From positions 13,626 through 77,625 of the forward strand of contig NZ_DASVSF010000108.1 in NCBI RefSeq assembly GCF_036388275.1: a stretch of DNA of 64,000 bases. The letters run 5' to 3'. How positions within the stretch are numbered: the first letter of the stretch is position 1; every line of letters starts with the position of its first letter. The DNA is from Longimicrobium sp. (GTDB taxonomy: Bacteria; Gemmatimonadota; Gemmatimonadetes; Longimicrobiales; Longimicrobiaceae). Positions 1-6,152 of this stretch are shown here, one piece after another. A program made the translations under genes and the position numbers. Below the pieces are notes generated by a model. It did not search any database. It was given only the letters and a program-made list of their open reading frames with translations, and was not told the DNA's origin.

Positions 1-435
1 GCGCAGCTCCAGCGACAGCCGCCGTGCGCGCAGCAGGATCTCCACCCGCGCCCGCAGCTCGGGGCGCTCGATGGGGGCCACGATCAGCTCGTCGACGCTG
101 CGCCACACGTGGCGGGTGATCATCTTCACCCCCGGCCGCGAGGTCACCAGCAGCACGGGAAGAAAGGCCGGGTGCTCGGCCGTTTTCCGGCGCTGCACCC
201 GCTCCCACAGGCGGTCCAGCGCGCGGCCGTCGAGCACGCACAGGTCGAAGTCGCCGTCCAGCGCCTCATCGTCTTCCGCCGGCACCACCGCGTAGTCGCG
301 CGACAGCTCGCAGGCCAGCAGCGAGCGGTTCTCGGGCTGGTCCAGGAGCAGGAGGATGCGGCTGCCGCGCCCCTCCGGCGGGCGCGTCGCCTCGGGCGTG
401 GCGCGGGCGGGGTCCGCGACGGGCGCGCCGTTCAT
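1..435 (-). CDS. Receiver-like (possibly pseudo-receiver) domain protein, N-terminal part only; the gene continues past the left edge of the window
   Basis: Not in the ORF track because there is no stop in the window. Hand translation from the ATG at 435-433 gives MNGAPVADPARATPEATRPPEGRGSRILLLLDQPENRSLLACELSRDYAVVPAEDDEALDGDFDLCVLDGRALD...LPVLLVTSRP...ELIVAPIERPELRARVEILLRARR. This shows a CheY-like pattern with an acceptor-type Asp (CVLD) and T/S (LVTS), but Ala where the conserved Lys is expected. The ATG overlaps the upstream stop (ATGA at 432-435). Confidence 0.6.
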   Translation of the reverse strand, partial: MNGAPVADPARATPEATRPPEGRGSRILLLLDQPENRSLLACELSRDYAVVPAEDDEALDGDFDLCVLDGRALDRLWERVQRRKTAEHPAFLPVLLVTSRPGVKMITRHVWRSVDELIVAPIERPELRARVEILLRARRLSLELR

Positions 436-1904
436 TCGCGCGCGGGCTCGTCGTGGCTCACCCGCTCCGGCATGCCGGTCAGCACGCCGCGAAGCCCCAC
501 GAGGGGGGCGCCCACCTGCACCCCGTCGCAGGTGACCTCGATTTCCCTCAGCGTCTTGGCGAAGTCGCTGAGCCGCTTCTTCAGCACGCCCACCGCCTTG
601 CGCAGCTCGCCCCCCATCTCCAGGTAGCGAAGGAAGATGAGGTTGTCGCACAGGTAGCTGACGCCGATGTCGGTCGCGCGGAAGTCGCCGGTGATCGAAT
701 CGGTTTCGTTCACCAGCAGCACGGTGACGCCCATGTTCTTCAGGTAGCGCCCCAGCGAGTGCAGGTGCGTCACCAGGTCGTCGCCGGCCAGCGTGAGTCG
801 GTATCCCGAGACGCCGTCGATCATCACGATCCGCACCCCGCGGTCTTCCACCTCGCGGCGCACCATCAGCGCGAACTCGCCGGGCGAAAAGCGCAGCGGC
901 TCGATCTCCACCACGTGGAGCGACCCGTCGGCCATCATGTCACGCACGGAGATGCCCACGTTGTCGCAGCGGTGGAGCAGCGTCTCCAGCCCCTCCTCGA
1001 ACGCGTACACCACCGAGCGCTCGCCGCGGGTGGCCGCCTCCTTCATGAACTGCATGCCCAGCGTGGTCTTTCCCACACCGCTGGGGCCGCTCAGGATGGT
1101 GATGGTGCCGCGCTCGATGCCCCCGCACAGCATCTCGTCCAGCTCGCCGATGCCGGAGGGGATGGGCTCGGGATCGAAGGGCCGCTCGTGCGCGGCGGGC
1201 ACCAGGCGCGGGTACACCTCCATGCCGGCCGCGGTCAGGCGCATGGAGTGGCGGCCGCCCTCGAAGTCAGACCCGCGCAGCTTGCTGACGCTCAGGTACC
1301 GGCGCAGCACGCCGTGCTCGGCAGAGATTTCGAGGTCGATGATCCCGTCGCTCATGAAGCGCAGGTCGTCGTCGGGAACGCTGTCGGTGGGTTCGGAGCT
1401 CAGCAGCACCGTGGCGCCGTGCTCCACCAGGTAGCGGACGAACGACAGCGCCTGCTTGCGGAACTGGAAGGCGTCGGGGGCCAGGTAGCGGAGCGTGGTG
1501 ACCGCGTCGACGAACACCCGCTGCGGCTTGAGCCCCTCGATGGTTTCCACGATCTGCCGCGTGGTGGGGTCGCGCTCCACGTCGGCCGGGGAAAAGATGT
1601 CGTAGCTCTGGTTCTGGGCGAAGAACTCGCGGGTGGGGCTCAGGTCCAGGAAGGAGATGCCCGACAGGTCCAGCCCCTGCGCTTCCGCGTCGCTGCGAAG
1701 CTGCGTTTCCGACGACTCCAGGGTGATCAGCAGCGCCCGCTCGCCCAGCGCCACGCCGGTGAGCAGGAAGTGAAGCCCCAGCGTGGTCTTGCCGGTGCCG
1801 GGGCCGCCGCGCACCAGGTACGCGCGTTCCGGCACCAGGCCTCCATGAAGCACTTCGTCGAGGCCAGGCAGCCCCGTTGGGCGCCGCGGAGTGCCGGTAT
1901 CCAC
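432..1904 (-). CDS. kaiC: KaiC-like double RecA-domain ATPase (circadian clock protein KaiC homolog)
   Basis: 490-aa ORF with two tandem RecA/KaiC modules. Each has a Walker A (RGGPGTGKTTLGLHF and LSGPSGVGKTTLGMQF) preceded by the GLPGLDEVL / GIGELDEML motif. GTG start. Confidence 0.85.
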   Translation of the reverse strand: MDTGTPRRPTGLPGLDEVLHGGLVPERAYLVRGGPGTGKTTLGLHFLLTGVALGERALLITLESSETQLRSDAEAQGLDLSGISFLDLSPTREFFAQNQSYDIFSPADVERDPTTRQIVETIEGLKPQRVFVDAVTTLRYLAPDAFQFRKQALSFVRYLVEHGATVLLSSEPTDSVPDDDLRFMSDGIIDLEISAEHGVLRRYLSVSKLRGSDFEGGRHSMRLTAAGMEVYPRLVPAAHERPFDPEPIPSGIGELDEMLCGGIERGTITILSGPSGVGKTTLGMQFMKEAATRGERSVVYAFEEGLETLLHRCDNVGISVRDMMADGSLHVVEIEPLRFSPGEFALMVRREVEDRGVRIVMIDGVSGYRLTLAGDDLVTHLHSLGRYLKNMGVTVLLVNETDSITGDFRATDIGVSYLCDNLIFLRYLEMGGELRKAVGVLKKRLSDFAKTLREIEVTCDGVQVGAPLVGLRGVLTGMPERVSHDEPARE

Positions 1905-2044
1905 GTAAGATCCTCGCTGGATGTTTGGAAAGGCCGCCGGAAGCGTTCGGGCGATCCCGAATACATGAACCGCGCCACGTCACGGACGTTGGGACCGCGA
2001 ACCTTCGCGGGTGAAGGGATGTCCCTTGCGAGTTTGCGTTTTCC

Positions 2045-2056
2045 GACGATACTCAA
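2045..2056 (+). promoter_or_regulatory. AT-rich 12-mer GACGATACTCAA upstream of the small peptide gene (possible -10 region or operator)
   Basis: Exact 12-mer also present at 46962-46973, and as a 1-mismatch inverted copy at 46995-47006. It lies about 48 nt upstream of the GTG at 2104. Confidence 0.3.
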
Positions 2057-2103
2057 CGGATTGCGCCGTACGGCGCGCGTTGGCCCTCATCTGGAGAAAA
2101 CCC

Positions 2104-2277
2104 GTGAAAACGAAGACAGCCCTGGATCTGAACACGCTGCACGTCGAGACCTTCGAAACCGCCAACCTCGTCGTGGTCGCCGAAGCCGAGAAGGGGACGG
2201 CGTGCTGGGAACTGTGCGCCGCCGATCCCACCAGCGACCCCGACGCGGATTCGTGCGGGCCGCACAAGTGCGTCTGA
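2104..2277 (+). CDS. Small Cys-containing peptide (57 aa), leader/core-like organisation; candidate RiPP or bacteriocin precursor
   Basis: In frame within ORF 2011..2277. GTG at 2104 is preceded by GGAG at 2093-2096. Sequence: VKTKTALDLNTLHVETFETANLVVVAEAEKGTACWELCAADPTSDPDADSCGPHKCV (4 Cys, acidic C-terminal half). Confidence 0.45.
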   Translation: MKTKTALDLNTLHVETFETANLVVVAEAEKGTACWELCAADPTSDPDADSCGPHKCV

Positions 2278-2315
2278 GCGTTTCCTGAAAGGCAGCCCCC
2301 CATCCGGTGTAACGT

Positions 2316-2371
2316 TCCCCCTCTCCCGCCCTCTCCCGCGCTGTTTGCGGGGGAGGGGCCGGGAGAGGAGG
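2316..2371. repeat. Fam-D GC-rich hairpin repeat (CCCCTCTCCCGC..loop..GCGGGGGAGGGG) between convergent genes; probable bidirectional terminator
   Basis: Imperfect palindrome ttccccctctcccgccctctcccgcgctgtttgcgggggaggggccgggagagg. The same motif recurs at more than 10 other intergenic sites. Confidence 0.7.
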
Positions 2372-2377
2372 ACCCAC

Positions 2378-3469
2378 CTACCGCGCCTCCACGGGATACG
2401 CCACCGGCTCGGCACGCGGATGCAGCGCCACCCGCACCGCGTCACCAGCCGACGCCTCGTGCGGACGACCGTGGATCAGCACCTCGGGGCCTCCGTCCAG
2501 CGCCACGCGGTAGAACGTGGCCGATCCCGCGTACCGGCGGTCCAGCACGCGGCCGGGGAGCGCGCCCGCGGCATCGGTCCCGGCGAGCTCCAGCCCCTCG
2601 GGCCTCACCATCACCCGCAGCGGCGCGCCGGGAGCACGGGGCGCATCCGCCGAGAGCGCCGCGGTCCACGCCGCCCCACCCGCAAGCCGGCAGACGGCGC
2701 GATCTCCATCCCCCGAATCCACCGTGGCATCCAGGAAGTTGGCGCGCCCCAGGAAGGACGCGACGAACGCATTGGCGGGCGATCCGTACAGCTCCTCGGG
2801 CGAGCCCACCTGCTGAAGCCGGCCGCGCTCCATCACCGCGATGCGGTCCGACAGCGCGAACGCCTCTTCCTGGTCGTGGGTCACGAAGATGGCCGTCATC
2901 CCCAGGCTCTTGAGCAGGGCGCGCAGCTCGTCGCGGGTGCGCTCGCGCAGGGCGGCGTCCAGGTTGCTCAGCGGCTCGTCGAGCAGCAGCAGCGGCGGCT
3001 CGGGCGCCAGCGCGCGGGCCAGCGCCACGCGCTGCTGCTGCCCGCCGGACAGCTCCTGCACCTTGCGCTTGCCGTGGCCGGCCAGCTCCACCAGCCCCAG
3101 CGCCCGCTCCACCCGCGGCCCCACGACGTCCTTGCGGTCGCCGCGCGACTTGAGGCCGAACGCCACGTTCTCCCACACGTCCAGGTGGGGGAACAGCGCG
3201 TAGTTCTGAAAGACCATCCCCACGTCGCGCTTCTGCGGCGGCAGGGCCGTCACCTCGCGCCCGCCCAGGACGATGCGGCCCGCCGTGGGATGCTCGAAGC
3301 CGGCGATCATCCGCAGCGTCGTCGTCTTTCCGCAGCCGGAGGGGCCCAGCAGCGTCAGGAACTCGCCCGCGGGCACCTGCAGCGACACCGCATCCACCGC
3401 CGTCGTCTCGCCAAACCGGCGGGTGAGGCCGTCCAGCACGAGTATTTCAGAGGAGTATATATCAGGCAT
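2378..3469 (-). CDS. ABC transporter ATP-binding protein (Fe3+/polyamine importer type, FbpC/PotA-like)
   Basis: Walker A LLGPSGCGKTT, signature LSGGQQQRVALARAL, Walker B LLLLDEP, and a C-terminal TOBE-like extension. Confidence 0.9.
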   Translation of the reverse strand: MPDIYSSEILVLDGLTRRFGETTAVDAVSLQVPAGEFLTLLGPSGCGKTTTLRMIAGFEHPTAGRIVLGGREVTALPPQKRDVGMVFQNYALFPHLDVWENVAFGLKSRGDRKDVVGPRVERALGLVELAGHGKRKVQELSGGQQQRVALARALAPEPPLLLLDEPLSNLDAALRERTRDELRALLKSLGMTAIFVTHDQEEAFALSDRIAVMERGRLQQVGSPEELYGSPANAFVASFLGRANFLDATVDSGDGDRAVCRLAGGAAWTAALSADAPRAPGAPLRVMVRPEGLELAGTDAAGALPGRVLDRRYAGSATFYRVALDGGPEVLIHGRPHEASAGDAVRVALHPRAEPVAYPVEAR

Positions 3470-3721
3470 TTAGAACCCGCGGACAGTACGAAGCGCAACC
3501 TCCGCACTGGCATGGATATCTTGGACATACACGGAGAAACGCTGGTGTCGCGTTTCGTTTATCCATGTATTAGATCCGAGAGAAGTCAAATTTCCTGTAA
3601 CAACGTCGTCGAGGTCGGCATCAGATGCGCCTAATGGTTCAAAGATGGTCCAATCATCCACATCCAGCTCAACGGCTGCGAGACCGCTGTTGTCGTTGAT
3701 TATCCGTACGATGCCGCGCAT
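3470..3721 (-). CDS. Hypothetical 83-aa protein encoded on an AT-rich insert inside the ABC operon
   Basis: ORF abuts the ATPase start (3469/3470). GGAG lies about 8 nt upstream of the ATG at 3721. No hydrophobic segment. The line 3541-3600 counts 25/60 G+C versus about 70% in the flanks. Confidence 0.55.
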   Translation of the reverse strand: MRGIVRIINDNSGLAAVELDVDDWTIFEPLGASDADLDDVVTGNLTSLGSNTWINETRHQRFSVYVQDIHASAEVALRTVRGF

Positions 3722-3740
3722 GGGCTACTCCGATTAAGGA

Positions 3741-4775
3741 TTACCGTGCACCGCGGTTGCGGACGTTCTCGTCCCAGTGGCGCATCCACTCGTTGCCGCG
3801 CTCCTGGAGGAGCTTCCAGTCCATCGGCTCGGCAACCAGCTTCTCCTGGGCGGCTCGGAGGCGCGGAGGCATGCTGTCCTGCGGAAAGTCGGTGCGCGCC
3901 GGGAGCCGGAAGAACTCGCGCACGGCCGGCACCAGCGCGGCGTTCCCGCCGATGTACTCCACGAAAACCTTGGCCGCCTCCGCGTTCGGCGCGCCGCGCA
4001 CGATGGCGACCGCATCCACGATCAGCGGGGTGCCGCTGGTGGGGATGGTATACTCGATCGGGTACTGGGCGCGCACCATCTCGATGTCCGGCAGCGCCCA
4101 GAGCGTCACGTGCCCTTCCTGGCGCGCCAGCATCTGGTACAGCATGGTGGGATTGAGGACGTACTGCTTGGTGTTGGCGTCCAGCCGGCGAAGCCACTGG
4201 AACCCCTGCGCCGTATCACCGGTGGCGCGGAGGCCGCGCTGCACCACCATGCCGAAGATGGTGCGCATGGTGCCGCTGGCCATGGGATCGCGGATGAGCA
4301 CCTTGCCCTTCCACCTGGGATCGAGCACGTCGTCCCAGTCCTTGGGTGCCTCGGCGGCGGACACCACCTGCGTGTTGTACGCGATCACCTCGGGGGTGAT
4401 GTAGGTGCCGAACCAGTATCCCTCCGGGTCCTTCGCCTCGGCGGGGACGGCCGTGGCCCACGACGGGGTGAAGGGCTGCAGCATGGAGTCGGCGGCGGCC
4501 TGCTCGAACATGTTGGCCGGGGCGCCCCACCACACGTCGGCCTGCGGGTTCGCCTTCTCCGAGCGGACGCGGTCGAACACCTCCTGCGATCCCATGTCGA
4601 CGTACTGCAGGTCGATGGTGGGGTTCGCGGCCTCGAAGCGCTTCTCGAACGCCTGCAGCATTTCGCGCCCGTGCGGCGAGTACACGGTGAGCACCTGCCG
4701 GCCGTCGCCGCCGCCGCAGGCGGTGGTGAGGGCGGCGAGTGCCAGGATGGAAAGCCCGCGGGCGGTGGTCAGCAT
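3741..4775 (-). CDS. ABC transporter periplasmic substrate-binding lipoprotein (Fe3+/thiamine/polyamine SBP fold)
   Basis: Internal ATG at 4775 of ORF 3741..5270 gives MLTTARGLSILALAALTTACGG (lipobox), then VLTVYSPHGREMLQAFEKRFEAANPTIDLQYVDMGSQEV..., typical of this SBP class. The upstream part of the ORF lies in repeat DNA. Confidence 0.85.
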   Translation of the reverse strand: MLTTARGLSILALAALTTACGGGDGRQVLTVYSPHGREMLQAFEKRFEAANPTIDLQYVDMGSQEVFDRVRSEKANPQADVWWGAPANMFEQAAADSMLQPFTPSWATAVPAEAKDPEGYWFGTYITPEVIAYNTQVVSAAEAPKDWDDVLDPRWKGKVLIRDPMASGTMRTIFGMVVQRGLRATGDTAQGFQWLRRLDANTKQYVLNPTMLYQMLARQEGHVTLWALPDIEMVRAQYPIEYTIPTSGTPLIVDAVAIVRGAPNAEAAKVFVEYIGGNAALVPAVREFFRLPARTDFPQDSMPPRLRAAQEKLVAEPMDWKLLQERGNEWMRHWDENVRNRGAR

Positions 4776-4799
4776 GGTTGGTCGATCCAGGTTCGAACT

Positions 4800-5385
4800 G
4801 CGAAAAGCCCCCCTCTCCCGGCCTCTTCCCCGCAAACGGCGCGGGAGAGAGGGGAACTGCGGTGGGGGTTCGACCGGCTTCGGCGCGTGCCGCGGCGGGC
4901 CCCTCCCCCGGCCCCTCCCCCGGCAAACTGCGCCGGGAGAGGGGAGAACGTCACACCGGGTGAGGCTGGCTGCCGGCGCATGCCTTGGGAGCCCCCTCCC
5001 CCCGGCCCCCGTCCCCCGCTGCGCAGGGGAGGGGGAGACCTGAACCACGCTTCGGCTGGCCTCGCGCAACGAACTGGCTCCCTTCCCCCGCGGCTGTTTG
5101 CGGGGGAAGGGCTGGGGATGGGGGGCGCCGGCCCGAGCACCGGGCCTGCCTGTCCACACCCCAGTCCCGAAGTGTACCCCCTCGCCCACGCTGTTTGTGG
5201 GAGAGGGTGGCACGCGTGTCAGCGCGGCCGGGTGAGGGCACCACGGCAGCCGAGGCCTCGGCCTCCTCACCGCTGCCGCGCCCGGACTTGTTTCCCTGCC
5301 GCCGCTAGATCCTTCGGCCCGCGAAGTCGGTGCTGCGGGCCGCTTCCGTGCGCCTGGGCCTCAGGATGACAGGCACTGGCGCTCC
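4800..5385. repeat. Cluster of five Fam-D hairpins plus one D+B composite element (about 215 nt)
   Basis: Successive palindromes cccctctcccggcc..ccccgcaaacggcgcgggagagagggg. Then gtaccccctcgcccacgctgtttgtgggagagggtgg...ctagatccttcggcccgcg...gcgcctgggcctcaggatgacagg, which is near-identical to 16636-16852. Confidence 0.8.
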
Positions 5386-5401
5386 GTCGTCTTGGGAGCG
5401 C

Positions 5402-6145
5402 TCAGGCGGCCGTCAGCAGGATCGGCTTGCCTCGCGTGATCACGAGCGTGTGCTCGTAGTGCGCGGCCAGTCCGCCGTCCTCCGTGCGCAGGGTCCAGCC
5501 GTCGGGGTCCTCCACGAAGCGGCCCGACGTTTCTCCCACGATCGGCTCCACCGTGATCACCAGCCCCTCCGTCAGCCTACGCGTGAGGCGGGGATCGAAG
5601 TAGTTGGGAATGCTGGGCTCTTCATGGATCGTCCGGCCGATGCCGTGGCCGTTCAGGTCGCGGATCACGCGGAAGCCCCGGCGGCGCACCTCGTCTTCCA
5701 CCGCCCGGCCGATGTCGTTCACGCGGTTCCCCACGCGCGCCACCTCCATCGCCCGGGCGAACGCGGCCCGTGCGCACGCCGCCAGCTTCAGCGCGCGCTC
5801 CGGCGCGGGGGCCACCGGCACCGTTACGGCGGCGTCGGCCACGTAGCCGTCCTTGTCCACCGTCACGTCCAGCTTCACCAGGTCGCCGGCCTGGATCACG
5901 CGGCTCCCCGGAATGCCGTGCACCACCTCGTCGTTCACGCTGATCAGCACCTCGCCCGGAAACCCGTAGACCATCTTCGGCGCCGAGCGTCCCCCCTCGC
6001 GGTGCATCACCCGGCCCCCGACCTCGTCCAGCTCGGCCGTAGTCACGCCGGGGCGCAACGCCTTTTCCATCGCCCGGATCACCATCCGCACGACGCGCCC
6101 CGCGCGCTTCATCCCCTCCAGCTCGTCATGCGTTTCGATGGACAT
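5402..6145 (-). CDS. map: Methionine aminopeptidase, type I
   Basis: From the internal ATG at 6145: MSIETHDELEGMKRAGRVV...VNDEVVHGIPG...DVTVDKDGYVADAA...GHGIGRTIHEEP...LVITVEPIV...YEHTLVIT. These are the canonical MetAP metal-ligand motifs. Confidence 0.9.
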   Translation of the reverse strand: MSIETHDELEGMKRAGRVVRMVIRAMEKALRPGVTTAELDEVGGRVMHREGGRSAPKMVYGFPGEVLISVNDEVVHGIPGSRVIQAGDLVKLDVTVDKDGYVADAAVTVPVAPAPERALKLAACARAAFARAMEVARVGNRVNDIGRAVEDEVRRRGFRVIRDLNGHGIGRTIHEEPSIPNYFDPRLTRRLTEGLVITVEPIVGETSGRFVEDPDGWTLRTEDGGLAAHYEHTLVITRGKPILLTAA

Positions 6146-6152
6146 CGGCGCC

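Noticed and set aside
1905-2103. kaiB- or kaiA-like gene upstream of the KaiC homolog
   Set aside because: The only ORF in the divergent region is the 57-aa Cys peptide, which has no thioredoxin-like KaiB features.
453-2288. 611-aa plus-strand ORF opposite the KaiC-like gene
   Set aside because: This is an Arg/Ala/Gly/His-rich low-complexity translation with no motifs. It is the antisense shadow of a gene with clear Walker motifs, which is typical of spurious long ORFs in about 70% G+C DNA.
4739-5369. Multiple 70-530-aa ORFs across the repeat cluster (recurring PSP..RGRGE and GEGLGMGG peptides)
   Set aside because: The peptides arise from translating palindromic GC-rich repeats in several frames on both strands. 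The same pseudo-peptides recur wherever the repeats occur, so they are not coding.
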